In this document: piece by piece, positions 29,119 to 39,422 of the stretch
Position numbering within the stretch: the first letter of the stretch is position 1
Layout: each line of letters starts with the position of its first letter
Source: Balneola sp.
GTDB lineage: Bacteria; Bacteroidota; Rhodothermia; Balneolales; Balneolaceae
Direction of reading: 5' to 3'
DNA: 64,000 bases
NCBI GenBank assembly: GCA_965230095.1
Contig: OZ245946.1
Coordinates: 517,210-581,209 of the forward strand
The notes under the pieces: model-generated
Database searches by the model: none
What the model saw: only the letters and a program-made list of their open reading frames with translations
Told to the model about the DNA's origin: nothing
Made by a program: the position numbers and the translations under genes

Positions 29119-30238
29119 TGATTTTAAGAAGATAGGTAGAAGGGTAGGTTCCAACCCGGTCGTTTTGCAGCAGGTAATTTTGGTCTACAGGGAGATTATG
29201 AATTCTTTGTACAACAAAATCCGGAAGAAAATCTAAGGTTCTATGAACAGATCTGAACAAAACCTTAGCATTTGGTTTTGCAGATTCAAAAATGGCCAAC
29301 CATTCTTTTTCTAATTCATCCGTACCATTTCCAATTAACCAGTCCTGATGATCTAAGAGTACGAAATGGGAATACTTCTTGCCCGAATCATTCAAAAAGT
29401 TGGTAACGGTAGCTGTTGAATGTGATAACTTATCAAGTTGAGAGCCAATTAATTCAAAGTGTTTTTCTTTCAGGTAGCCGGGACAACAGTTGTTGGAATA
29501 TTTTCCTTCCAGATAGAGTCTCCAGAAATAATTGTCATGAACGCCATTATTTACAAATAGATTATATAGAGTTTTCTTCATGTATTTATTCAAATCACCC
29601 ATTCCTGAACTTTGAGTTTCCGGAATACCTGCTAATCCCAACACCAGATCCGATTTCCAAAAATATTTACTGATACCTTTCCATAAAGAGGGTTCAATTT
29701 CATTCTCAAAGATATTCTTTCTGGTTTCAAGAACTTGTTCATAAATAATATTGTTGACTGAAGACCTCATTCCTTTAATGTTGATGAGCCAATTGAGAAT
29801 ATGTGCAAACTTTCCGGTTAAACCCTGAGAATAAAAACCTTTTTCAGGAGAGAACCAGTTTTTTCTTACCCTCCAATATTCAATAGAACTATTCCTTAAA
29901 TATGGCTCCAAGTCTTTAAAAACAGAATGGTATTTTTTATAAGAACCTGTTAGAAAAAGATGTTTTAAGTAACCGTAATCCCCGTGTCTGAATAGGGCAC
30001 TTTTCAAATCTAATAAAGAATTTTGGTAAGGATTGATATCCACACAATCAACTGAATCTGGAGTGTCCAAAAGATAATCGAACGCATTATCACCGGCACT
30101 CGTTATCATAAATACATTACTTGATGAGTCTATATTAAGTAAAAATCTATCAATCTTGGGATCTTCCCAGCAGGTATTGTATATAAGAAAGTGAGATGTC
30201 AGGTATTTAAACCAAAGATTTGCTACTGTATTTTTCAT
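29111..30238 (-). CDS. btaA: BtaA-like SAM:diacylglycerol 3-amino-3-carboxypropyl transferase (DUF3419)
   Basis: LIYNTCWEDP, ITSAGDN, VDINPYQ, NYFWRLYL, LLDHQDW, VLFRS, DRVGTY. Confidence 0.85.
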   Translation of the reverse strand: MKNTVANLWFKYLTSHFLIYNTCWEDPKIDRFLLNIDSSSNVFMITSAGDNAFDYLLDTPDSVDCVDINPYQNSLLDLKSALFRHGDYGYLKHLFLTGSYKKYHSVFKDLEPYLRNSSIEYWRVRKNWFSPEKGFYSQGLTGKFAHILNWLINIKGMRSSVNNIIYEQVLETRKNIFENEIEPSLWKGISKYFWKSDLVLGLAGIPETQSSGMGDLNKYMKKTLYNLFVNNGVHDNYFWRLYLEGKYSNNCCPGYLKEKHFELIGSQLDKLSHSTATVTNFLNDSGKKYSHFVLLDHQDWLIGNGTDELEKEWLAIFESAKPNAKVLFRSVHRTLDFLPDFVVQRIHNLPVDQNYLLQNDRVGTYPSTYLLKINV

Positions 30239-30335
30239 TAATCAAACTTAGCATAATTTTTAGGAATCTTCAGAGTATTGATCCTACCAATTTGCTGTCA
30301 AATTTGTATTTTTAAAATTATAAATAAGGATAACT

Positions 30336-30596
30336 ATGAGTACATCAGAAAGAAAAAAAAGAATTGAAGAAGGGTTAGAAAAAGCCGGCGATATTCTTGA
30401 ACAAAAAGCTATTGAAAATTACGATAAGGCTTTAGACAGACTTCAGTATGAAAAAGACCGCCTGGAAAGAGAACTAAGACATGAATACAGAAATGCTCGT
30501 CGCTATGTGAGAGCGAATCCTGAGCAGGGCTTGGGCGTGGCTTTTGTAGCCGGACTCTTCTTAGGTGTATTACTTACCAGAGGCGGAAAAGACTAA
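30336..30596 (+). CDS. ElaB/YqjD/DUF883-like tail-anchored protein
   Basis: Charged helix followed by YVRANPEQGLGVAFVAGLFLGVLL. Confidence 0.65.
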   Translation: MSTSERKKRIEEGLEKAGDILEQKAIENYDKALDRLQYEKDRLERELRHEYRNARRYVRANPEQGLGVAFVAGLFLGVLLTRGGKD

Positions 30597-30608
30597 TTAA
30601 CATTACGA

Positions 30609-31725
30609 ATGGGAATAAATAAAGATCATTTAAATGAACTCTATGAGCGCGTGGATTCGCTCAGGAGGTATCTTTGACTACGACAAAAGAAAAGTCCGCA
30701 TAATAGAACTTACCGAGAAAACTCAGGATCCAGAGTTTTGGAATGATCCAACTTCTGCTCAGGCAGTTATGAAGCAGATGGATAATGAAAAGAGTCTGGT
30801 TAAATCATGGGATAATCTGAGTGATCTTCGTGACAGTATAAACGTGTTTCTTGAATTTGAAGAAATGGGTGAAGATGTTGAAGACGAAATCGATGCAGAA
30901 TATGCTAGGCTAGAAAAAAAGCTTGAAGCTCTCGAGTTACGCAATATGCTCAATGGTCCCGATGATCAAAGAGATGCGGTGGTAACTTTCAATCCGGGAG
31001 CAGGAGGAACTGAAAGTCAGGACTGGGCACAGATGTTGTACAGAATGTATGTTCGCTGGGCTGAAAAAAATGATTTCAAAGTTTTCAATATAGACTATCA
31101 GGATGGAGATGTAGCCGGATTAAAGTCCGCGACTATTGAAGTACAGGGAACCAACGCGTACGGTTTTCTAAAAGCGGAAAGCGGAGTTCATCGTTTGGTT
31201 AGAGTTTCTCCATTCGATAGTAATGCAAGAAGACATACATCTTTTTGTTCTGTATTTGTCTCGCCTTTGATCGATGATTCCATTGAAGTGAACATCAATG
31301 AAAGTGAAGTAGAGCTTCAGCGTTTTCATTCAAGCGGGGCAGGTGGGCAAAATGTGAACAAAGTTGAAACCGGAGTGCGTTTGATCTGGGAAGGAGAACT
31401 TTCAGATGGCAGGACCGAAAAAGTTGTAGCAGAATGTCAACAGGAGCGCTCTCAGCTTCAGAACAGAGAAAAAGCGATGGTCTTGCTGAAATCAAGAATT
31501 TATGAGCTTGAAAAGGAAATTCAGGAAGAAGAAAAAGCCAGACTTGAGGGTTCCAAAGGAAAGAATGAGTGGGGTTCGCAGATCCGAAGTTATGTATTTG
31601 ACGATCAGCGGGTAAAAGATCACAGAACCAATCATGAAACTTCCAATGTAAACGGAGTTATGGATGGAGATCTGGACGAATTTATTAAAGCGTATCTGCT
31701 AACCATTTCAACGCAGCCCCAATAA
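30609..31725 (+). CDS. prfB: Peptide chain release factor 2, programmed +1 frameshift after codon 22
   Basis: ATG 30609 MGINKDHLNELYERVDSLRRYL then CTT-TGA-C shift into DYDKRK...; SPF and GGQ motifs. Confidence 0.97.
30663..30678 (+). promoter_or_regulatory. RF2 autoregulatory frameshift site
   Basis: AGGAGG-TAT-CTT-TGA-C, the canonical arrangement. Confidence 0.95.
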
Positions 31726-31727
31726 AC

Positions 31728-32336
31728 ATGATCAGGGTAGGAGTAACCGGAGGAATTGGTTCAGGTAAAACTACTCTGTGCAAAGAATGGGAAAGATTAG
31801 GCGCTTTCGTGGTTTACGCAGATGATCTGGCTAAGAAACTTATGGTTGAGGATGAGAAACTCATAAAGAATATAAAATCTGTTTTTGGTGATGAGGCTTA
31901 TCTGGAAGACGGTAGCCTCAATCGAGATTACCTGGCTCAGGAAGCTTTTGAAAAAGGAAGAGTTACAGAACTTAATCGTCTGGTTCACCCTGCACTTTGG
32001 GATAAAGTAGAAGAAATAGCCAATCAGAAAGAGGAAGAAGGAGTAAATATATTTGTTAAAGAAGCGGCAATTCTCTTACAGCATGGCAGACCTGAAGATC
32101 TCGATTATGTTGTATTGATTGAAGCTGATAAGCAACAAAGAACGAAGCGTGTTGTAGAGAGAGATAATTCTGATAAAGAAAAAGTAGAAGGTCGGATTTC
32201 AGCACAACAGGATTTTTCTACGCTTAAAGATGTAGCAGACTTTGTAGTCATAAACAATGAAGGAGTTACCGAATTAAAGGAAAAGGCGGGTGAGCTTTTA
32301 AATGAGATTAGGAAATTTTATAAAGAAATTGACTAA
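31728..32336 (+). CDS. coaE: Dephospho-CoA kinase
   Basis: GVTGGIGSGKTT, YADDLAK, LNRLVHP, EAAILL. Confidence 0.95.
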   Translation: MIRVGVTGGIGSGKTTLCKEWERLGAFVVYADDLAKKLMVEDEKLIKNIKSVFGDEAYLEDGSLNRDYLAQEAFEKGRVTELNRLVHPALWDKVEEIANQKEEEGVNIFVKEAAILLQHGRPEDLDYVVLIEADKQQRTKRVVERDNSDKEKVEGRISAQQDFSTLKDVADFVVINNEGVTELKEKAGELLNEIRKFYKEID

Positions 32337-32387
32337 AAAACATTCATATATTACAGAAAAGCGCTTCCAAATAATTATTAGGGATAT

Positions 32388-33434
32388 ATGACTACACAAA
32401 AAGAAGAACGGCTGGTTACACTTGAAGAATTCATTATTCAGGCACAGAACAGGTTTCCGGGTGCAACAGGTGAGCTTTCACAATTATTGAGAGATATCAG
32501 TCTTGCTGCTAAAATTATTTCCAGAGAGGTGAATAAGGCTGGAATCACTAACATCTTAGGGTATGATGGTTCTACGAATATTCATGGCGAATCTGTAAAA
32601 AAATTGGATTTATTTGCGGATAGTCAGCTTATTTCAGCTCTTGAACGTTCCGGAATAACCTGCATGGTAATTTCAGAAGAAAATGACGGAATTGTTAAGT
32701 TGAGCAGCTCTGGAGGCAAATACATTGTTTATATGGATCCGTTAGATGGTTCTTCAAATATTGATGTAAATGTATCGATCGGGAGTATTTTTTCTATTTA
32801 CATGCGTGAACCTCGTTTTGATCAATCGTTGCGAGAGGAGGATGCTCTACAACCCGGAACAAAACAAGTTGCTGCCGGATATGTATTATATGGTTCTTCT
32901 ACCACTCTGGCTTATACCACAGGTTTAAATGTAAGTTTATTTACTCTTGATCCGAGTTTGGGAGAGTTTATGCTTAGTGACCGTAAAGTTCAGATTCCTG
33001 ATCATGGCAAAATTTACAGTATTAACGAAGGAAGTTATAACTCCTGGGATTTAGGACTTAAGAAATACATCAAATATTGTCAGGAGGATGATGCAGAATC
33101 CGGAAGGCCTTATTCCGCACGTTACATTGGTTCTATGGTAGCTGATCTTCACAGGACATTGATCAAAGGTGGGATTTTCATTTACCCTCACAGCAAAAAA
33201 TATCCGAATGGTAAACTCCGGCTTATGTATGAGTGTAATCCTTTGAGCTTTATTATTGAACAGGCTGGTGGAATGGCAACTGATGGAAATCAAAGAATAA
33301 TGGAAATCGAACCAACTGCAATTCATCAGCAAACCCCAATCTATATTGGCTCAAAAGAGAATGTATCTCATGTAATGGATTTTTTACATGAGTTTGCCGA
33401 TAAAGAAGAACCCGCCTTGAATAACGAATATTAA
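32388..33434 (+). CDS. fbp: Fructose-1,6-bisphosphatase class I
   Basis: DPLDGSSNIDVNVSIG, YSINEG, RYIGSMVADLHRTL, KLRLMYECNP. Confidence 0.96.
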   Translation: MTTQKEERLVTLEEFIIQAQNRFPGATGELSQLLRDISLAAKIISREVNKAGITNILGYDGSTNIHGESVKKLDLFADSQLISALERSGITCMVISEENDGIVKLSSSGGKYIVYMDPLDGSSNIDVNVSIGSIFSIYMREPRFDQSLREEDALQPGTKQVAAGYVLYGSSTTLAYTTGLNVSLFTLDPSLGEFMLSDRKVQIPDHGKIYSINEGSYNSWDLGLKKYIKYCQEDDAESGRPYSARYIGSMVADLHRTLIKGGIFIYPHSKKYPNGKLRLMYECNPLSFIIEQAGGMATDGNQRIMEIEPTAIHQQTPIYIGSKENVSHVMDFLHEFADKEEPALNNEY

Positions 33435-33477
33435 ATAACGAATAATGAATAACGAATTCTGGATTCGTTATTCATTA
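33420..33477. repeat. Heptamer tandem repeat ending in a 15-bp hairpin (probable bidirectional terminator)
   Basis: AATAACG AATATTA AATAACG AATAATG AATAACG; TAATGAATAACGAAT (33443-57) / ATTCGTTATTCATTA (33463-77). Confidence 0.8.
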
Positions 33478-33496
33478 CTGATGTTTCAATATTTAG

Positions 33497-35143
33497 CTAG
33501 TCCCAACTACCGTACATTGCATTTGGCAGAATAAGAATGTCCTTTGCCTGACGACTTAAGAATAGTTTCATATCCACATTTTCCTGAGTTGTTCGGGTAA
33601 AGTCTTTGATGTTATCTCCAACCTGCATCATAATTTCTAGATTTCGATTCCAATTGGTTTTTGCCGACGAATAATTTTCCCAACAATCGGTCGCAGTTCC
33701 GTTTGAAATCTGATTTCTGCGGAGGTCTTTATCATTTAAAAATTCATTTCCATCTACAGAATTTACATCTTCTTCATTTCTTCCAAGAATGCAGGTATTT
33801 ATTCTTTCAATAGGAAAGCCTAAAGATCTCAGATTATTCCATGTATAATCGTCTAATGATCTGTTTCTATTAGTGATTAATGCAATTTGTCCACCAGATT
33901 TTAAAACTTCAGTAACAAATTGTTTAGAACCGGGTATTTCTGTTGCAGCTTCTTCTTTTACCCATTCAGCCCAACTTTCAGAAGTATATCCAAGTCCGAG
34001 TTTATCTCTTCGTCTGTTATATTCACTGTTATCAAGGAGTGTTTCATCCACATCCATGATGACCACCCAGGGATCTGAATTTTCAGCTAGGCTTTTAAGG
34101 TTTTTTTGTGCTTCCTGATACAGGAACGAAGTAATTAATCCATATTCAGCACTATTCTGAGTCCAGAGTACTGCAGAGCTAACAGGAAAGGAAGGGGCGA
34201 AGTTAAGATCAACAGAAATCGGGCAATGGTCACTCAGCATGTCGTCTTCGGTCATTGTTTCAGGAGTTTTGCCAAAATAAAATACATTTTCACTTGCCGG
34301 AGAATAATATTTCAAGCTGTTTGGTCCTGCCAGAATATGATCGATCGGATCGGGATATCTCGGATGGCATCCTCTGATTCCTTCCATACTGCTCTTTATG
34401 CTGATTTTATTCCCGTCCATATCTTCAAGGTCTTTCCAAAAGCGATTTTCAGGAGTTGTAATTCTATGATTAAAATCGCCAAGAATAACGAATGCTTTTT
34501 TTTCTTTTACTTTACTTTCTACCCATTTATCAAGCACAGGAACCTGTTGTTCAAAGGTTTCACAGGCGTCTCGGTCAGAAGTGGAATAATCATTCACAAA
34601 GCAACCGCTTTTCATGTGCACATTCATAACTTCGATAGGCTCAGGAGTTCCTGTTAATCGAATTACCAAACCATATCTGAGTCCGGGGTTGTTGAGGGCT
34701 AATTCTTTAAAACTATCTATCTTTTCAAATTCAATTCCCTTTTTAACAGCAAAAGCCACGCGCTGTTGGGTTGAAGGTCTTCCGCTTCCTCTGCATTCAT
34801 AAGAACCGCTTGAGGGACGATCAGAGAGAACTATTTCCCACTCATTTTCCGGAAAGACACGTGCAACCGCATTTACTGATTCCACTTCCTGAAGGGCTAC
34901 AATATCAGCATCCATAGTAGCTGCAAAATTCCGAAGTTTTTCGTAATCCTGATCCGATCTTGCTACACAACCTTCTTCGTTGTTTTCAGCCAAGTGTTCA
35001 ATGTTCCAGGCCACAAACCGATAGTTAGATTTGTTCACATCTTGTGATAAGGCGATATCTGAGGCTGTTGCTAGAAGGAACAGAATCAGAAAACTAATTT
35101 TTAGTGATTTTAAGTAAATAATCATATCAAAAAGAAAATTCAT
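33497..35143 (-). CDS. Exported fusion: endonuclease/exonuclease/phosphatase domain + HAD class IIIB acid phosphatase/5'-nucleotidase (e(P4)-like)
   Basis: WNIEH, ALQEV, VHMKSG, GDFN, IDHI, SDHCP; then DVDETLLDNS, ITNR, GDNIKDF, LPNAMYGSW. Confidence 0.85.
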   Translation of the reverse strand: MNFLFDMIIYLKSLKISFLILFLLATASDIALSQDVNKSNYRFVAWNIEHLAENNEEGCVARSDQDYEKLRNFAATMDADIVALQEVESVNAVARVFPENEWEIVLSDRPSSGSYECRGSGRPSTQQRVAFAVKKGIEFEKIDSFKELALNNPGLRYGLVIRLTGTPEPIEVMNVHMKSGCFVNDYSTSDRDACETFEQQVPVLDKWVESKVKEKKAFVILGDFNHRITTPENRFWKDLEDMDGNKISIKSSMEGIRGCHPRYPDPIDHILAGPNSLKYYSPASENVFYFGKTPETMTEDDMLSDHCPISVDLNFAPSFPVSSAVLWTQNSAEYGLITSFLYQEAQKNLKSLAENSDPWVVIMDVDETLLDNSEYNRRRDKLGLGYTSESWAEWVKEEAATEIPGSKQFVTEVLKSGGQIALITNRNRSLDDYTWNNLRSLGFPIERINTCILGRNEEDVNSVDGNEFLNDKDLRRNQISNGTATDCWENYSSAKTNWNRNLEIMMQVGDNIKDFTRTTQENVDMKLFLSRQAKDILILPNAMYGSWD

Positions 35144-35178
35144 TGAGTGATAAAGGATGAGATAGGTATAAAAATGCT

Positions 35179-35652
35179 TTAAAACCGTACCTTCATTCCT
35201 TCTTTAATATCATTAGAAATACTATATCCTGCATTTGTTTCGATCACGTATTTCGCAGGTTTTTCTGATGGTAAAGTTTTTGAAGAAAACGGAGTTGTAC
35301 TTTTATAAATATTCACGATCACACTGTCAGCATTCACGTACATAATGTCTAGCGAAAGCGGGGTGTTCATCATATAGAAGCTTTGAGGTTCTTCAGTATC
35401 AAAGTAAAAAACCATTCCGGCATCTGCAGGCATTGAATGTACATCCATCAAACCTTGATTTCGTTCGCTTGGATCATCCGCTTTTACAAATCTTAGAGTA
35501 GAAACCTCATTCCCATTGTTATCTAAGAAAGAAAGTGTATTTGTGTATTCAAGAACACGTCCTTTGTTTTCAGGTTTTTTCTTTTTTTCAGGCTCTCCAC
35601 ATGCATTCAGTAACATAATGGAGAGGGTTATCAGAATTATTTTATTTAACAT
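35179..35652 (-). CDS. DUF192-family lipoprotein
   Basis: Start moved to MLNKII (35652), lipobox LNAC; ERNQGLM, FYMMNTPLSLDI, YVIETNAG. Confidence 0.88.
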   Translation of the reverse strand: MLNKIILITLSIMLLNACGEPEKKKKPENKGRVLEYTNTLSFLDNNGNEVSTLRFVKADDPSERNQGLMDVHSMPADAGMVFYFDTEEPQSFYMMNTPLSLDIMYVNADSVIVNIYKSTTPFSSKTLPSEKPAKYVIETNAGYSISNDIKEGMKVRF

Positions 35653-38443
35653 TGAAATTTGTGGTATGGATTGATCTTCCAACTTCGTACTCGATAGTGT
35701 ATTCACCTTTTTGAAGGTAAGTTTTATTGCCATCTTTGTCTGTATTAATTACCAGATTCCATTCAAAAACATTGAATCCATAATCGGAATCTACTTTTGT
35801 TGAATATACTTTATCACCTTCTTTATTTTTTAAGGTAATTTCTACAGATGCTCCGTTTTTGTTCGAAACAAAGTACATAAGATCCATACTTGGATTAAAA
35901 GGTTCTCTGTATGGAGCAAACTGAGAACCCCATCTGCTGGAATAGCGAATATCCTCTGGTGAAAATCCGGTTATCTTCTCATCTATTCTTTCAGAAAGCT
36001 GTTGAAGTGGCTTAACATCCATCACCCAAATACTGCGTCCATGAGTACCAATGACCAGCTCTAATTCTCTGGGATGAACAACCATATCATAACTGGCTAC
36101 ATTTGGCAGTTGGTTTAAATAATGCCATACATTCCCATCATCAAAACTGATGTAAGAACCATGATCTAAACCTGCATAAAGAATCGAAGGGACTACAGGA
36201 TCTTGAACTATAACATTGGCTACTTCATTAGGAAGGTTTCCTTTTACAGATTTCCAAGTCTTACCAAAATCTGTTGTTTTGTAAAGGTAGGTATCGAAAT
36301 CATCGAATCTGTAACCGTTCAGTGAAACATATGCCGTTCCCTTATCATGAACAGAAGCATGAACTTCACTTACCCACAGATCTTTAGGAATGATACCGGT
36401 TACATTGGTCCAACTGGCTCCGCCATCTCTTGTGAGTTGAATGTTACCGTCGTCTGTACCAACCCAGATTTGATTGAAATCTAAGGGAGACTCTGCAATA
36501 GTAGTGATGGTAGAGTAGGGGACGTTACCATTCGGATGATCATTAGTGAGATCAGGACTGATTGCCGTCCATGATTCGCCACGATCTAAAGACCTACTTA
36601 GTTTTTGAGATCCAAAGTAAACTACATCAGGGTTATGATGGCTTAAGTTAACCGGAGTATTCCAATTATAACGATAACGAGGTTCACCTACATCATGACG
36701 TGGTGTAATTCCTGTGGTTGTCTCTTTTTCTCTGTCTAATCTAAAATAATTTCCGTATTGGAAACCTACATAAACGATATTTGCATTATTCGGATTAGCA
36801 AAAACATGCATCCCATCTCCACCAAACAATCTTTCCCAAGGTCTGTTTCTGTTTGGTGTGGAAGTAGAAGGACCAACAAAAGTACCGTTATCTTGTAATC
36901 CCCCATAAATATTATAAGGTTTTTCCATATCTACACTAACGGTATAAAATTGCCCCACGGCTTCAGAATTGTGATGAATGAAATTTTCTCCACCATCATG
37001 ACTTTCATACAATCCTCCATCGTTACCTAAAAGTAAATGTTCAGAATCATTCGGATCTATCCAAAGAGCTTGTTGATCCGCATGAACCGGATCGTTAGCT
37101 GCTTTTCGTGTCCATGTTTTCCCGCCGTCGGTAGATTTTATGAAAGGAACCCCTAATGCATAGATCGTATTCTCATCATTTGGGTCGACTCTGATTTCTC
37201 CAAAATAATATCCGTAAGTATTATACACACCGGGAATTTCGTAGTCGTGAGTTATTTTCCAGCTTTCACCACCGTCATCAGAACGGTACACTTCCAAACC
37301 TTTAATACTTGTATCAAAAAGTGCGGCATTGGCATCTCCAAGGAATTCACCAAGGGCGGCCGGTTTATACTTTTCATTTTCTACGTCTGCTTTAACACTC
37401 TTTGCTGTATACTTTTCCGGAAATCTGTTTCTTCGGAGGAAGCTTTCAAGTTTTTTGTTATCGAGCTTCATAAAATCTTTTACTGACATTTTCACAAATG
37501 AAGTTTGAGTTAATGCATCGCTGTCATTTTCTCTTTCTTCTTTCAATTCAAACTGATTATCAACAATAGCATAAATAACATCAGGGTTACTTTGGCTTAT
37601 ATCTAATCCAATTCTTCCAACAAAACTGCCCTGTGGAAGTCCGTTTACAGATTTGCTCCATGATTCACCACCATCAATAGATTTGTAGACCGCAGATCCG
37701 TTTCCGCCTTCTTTAAAATTCCATGCTTTACGATCTTTCTCCCAGGTTGCAGCCCAAAGTACATTCGGATTAGTTGGATGAATTACCAGATCGATTACTC
37801 CTGTGCTGTCATTTACGAAAAGCGTTTTGTTCCAATTCTTACCACCATCAGTGGTTTTATAGACACCACGTTCGCTATTAGTTGAATACAATGCGCCTGC
37901 TGAACCAACCCATGCGATATTTTCATCTGTGGGATGAGTTATAATTCTTCCTATATGTTGTGTGTTTCTTAAACCTGAATATTCCCAGGTTTCTCCGGCG
38001 TCTATACTTTTAAAAATACCTGCACCGGCATAACTGGAACGACTGCTGTTATTTTCTCCGGTTCCAACCCACAGGATATCCGGGTTGGAAGATGAAATAG
38101 CAATATCTCCGATTCCTAAAGCATCTTCATGATCAAAGATAGGTTCCATTGTATTACCACTGTTGGTCGTTTTATAAACACCACCTGAAGCATAACCCAC
38201 ATAAAATATTCTGCTGTTATCGGGATGAACGGCAATATCAGAAACCCGACCACTCATAACCACAGGACCTACATTACGGAGCGGATAGTTTTTAAATGCT
38301 GATGATTTTCGGAGTTTATCGCGCTGTTCAATAGAACTGTTCAATTCAGCTTCTGTTGATGACTCAACATATTGAGCATTAGAATGATCTGAGATAAAAA
38401 GTGCAATAAGTAAAACAAGAAAGGAAGCAAGAATCTTTTTCAT
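35642..38443 (-). CDS. Large exported BNR/Asp-box (VPS10-like) beta-propeller glycosyl hydrolase-like protein
   Basis: Many S/T-x-D-x-G-x-T/S-W Asp boxes; GPVVMSGRVSD; YGGLQDNG; RYNWNTP. Confidence 0.85.
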   Translation of the reverse strand: MKKILASFLVLLIALFISDHSNAQYVESSTEAELNSSIEQRDKLRKSSAFKNYPLRNVGPVVMSGRVSDIAVHPDNSRIFYVGYASGGVYKTTNSGNTMEPIFDHEDALGIGDIAISSSNPDILWVGTGENNSSRSSYAGAGIFKSIDAGETWEYSGLRNTQHIGRIITHPTDENIAWVGSAGALYSTNSERGVYKTTDGGKNWNKTLFVNDSTGVIDLVIHPTNPNVLWAATWEKDRKAWNFKEGGNGSAVYKSIDGGESWSKSVNGLPQGSFVGRIGLDISQSNPDVIYAIVDNQFELKEERENDSDALTQTSFVKMSVKDFMKLDNKKLESFLRRNRFPEKYTAKSVKADVENEKYKPAALGEFLGDANAALFDTSIKGLEVYRSDDGGESWKITHDYEIPGVYNTYGYYFGEIRVDPNDENTIYALGVPFIKSTDGGKTWTRKAANDPVHADQQALWIDPNDSEHLLLGNDGGLYESHDGGENFIHHNSEAVGQFYTVSVDMEKPYNIYGGLQDNGTFVGPSTSTPNRNRPWERLFGGDGMHVFANPNNANIVYVGFQYGNYFRLDREKETTTGITPRHDVGEPRYRYNWNTPVNLSHHNPDVVYFGSQKLSRSLDRGESWTAISPDLTNDHPNGNVPYSTITTIAESPLDFNQIWVGTDDGNIQLTRDGGASWTNVTGIIPKDLWVSEVHASVHDKGTAYVSLNGYRFDDFDTYLYKTTDFGKTWKSVKGNLPNEVANVIVQDPVVPSILYAGLDHGSYISFDDGNVWHYLNQLPNVASYDMVVHPRELELVIGTHGRSIWVMDVKPLQQLSERIDEKITGFSPEDIRYSSRWGSQFAPYREPFNPSMDLMYFVSNKNGASVEITLKNKEGDKVYSTKVDSDYGFNVFEWNLVINTDKDGNKTYLQKGEYTIEYEVGRSIHTTNFNVK

Positions 38444-38849
38444 AATTGTAGTTAGTTTGAAATGTGAAGGATGATATAAAATGATGAGTAAAGATTTGGA
38501 AAAAAGTTATTAATCAATGCTTTGTTTATTTTGAATAATATTTTGCGAGCATCAAATTTGAAATAAGGATAGAAGTCAGAGACTTCTGTTTATTGTTACT
38601 TTTAAGTCACCGCTTTGCTCAAGACTTAAAAGATCAATGGGGGAGGTAAGGAACGAGAAATATAATGCAGAATAAAAAGAGTGCAGGAGTGAGATTAAAG
38701 GTATAACTGTATTTCTAAACAAACCAAAGATATATGAAGTCTTGAGCGTTAGCGGAGGCTTCAGAGCAGGAATGAACTTACCAAAAGAACTAACCGGGGA
38801 ATATTCTGTTGGTTTAAAAGAAAGAATCACACATCTTAAACCAGCAGAG

Positions 38850-38879
38850 CCTTCAGGCTCGGCAATATGGAAGTGAAAT
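38850..38879 (+). repeat. Direct repeat A, copy 1 (contains GCAGAGCC-TTCA-GGCTCGGC palindrome)
   Basis: CCTTCAGGCTCGGCAATATGGAAGTGAAAT; 26/30 identical to 39393..39422. Confidence 0.75.
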
Positions 38880-38951
38880 AGTTACTACAAGTGTAAGCAG
38901 AGTTTCCTTGGGCGTTCCGCACTGGAGCTACAGAACGAGAAGAAATGATCA

Positions 38952-39392
38952 ATGATGCAATTAAAAGAAATTAAAATCATTCTTGTTTTTACATTTTTAA
39001 CACTCTCTTGTAGTAATAGAATACAAGTTGGTAGTGAAACCCTAATACTTACTGATATAGTTAGGAGTGAAATAACATTTAATGAAAAAAATAAGGAGGA
39101 AGTATATAAGCTTTTAAATCATGAGAATCTTTTGGATGATAAAGATCGTTGGTTTTACATAGATAGAAAGCTTTATGCAGAACGTAGAGAGATATTACTG
39201 GATTCAAGTTGGATGAATTCAAACAGAGATGATATCACAATCATTTGGTTTAGTAGAAATGATTCAAACAGAAAATTATTTGAAGAGTACATAAAAGATA
39301 AAGATATACATTACTATAGAATAGGTTGGGAAATTGCTATTACATATGATGAGAGAAACGAAAAAATCTTATTAATCGAGTATGAGTTCTAA
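38952..39392 (+). CDS. Hypothetical lipoprotein (cargo between direct repeats)
   Basis: Lipobox LTLSC; very AT-rich; stop codon abuts repeat copy 2. Confidence 0.7.
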   Translation: MMQLKEIKIILVFTFLTLSCSNRIQVGSETLILTDIVRSEITFNEKNKEEVYKLLNHENLLDDKDRWFYIDRKLYAERREILLDSSWMNSNRDDITIIWFSRNDSNRKLFEEYIKDKDIHYYRIGWEIAITYDERNEKILLIEYEF

Positions 39393-39422
39393 CCTTCAGG
39401 CTCGGCGGTAAGGACGTGAAAT
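39393..39422 (+). repeat. Direct repeat A, copy 2
   Basis: CCTTCAGGCTCGGCGGTAAGGACGTGAAAT. Confidence 0.75.

Noticed and set aside
30239-30335. Search for Pho boxes upstream of btaA (and of phoX at 8523-8610)
   Set aside because: Only an isolated CTGTCA half-site near 30295; no 11-bp-spaced direct repeat was found.
30663-30678. Internal stop in prfB
   Set aside because: It is the well-known RF2 autoregulatory +1 frameshift, neither a pseudogene nor novel.
38576-38830. 84-aa minus-strand ORF
   Set aside because: No motif or convincing start context; the opposite strand looks more like a decayed gene, so it was not called as a CDS.
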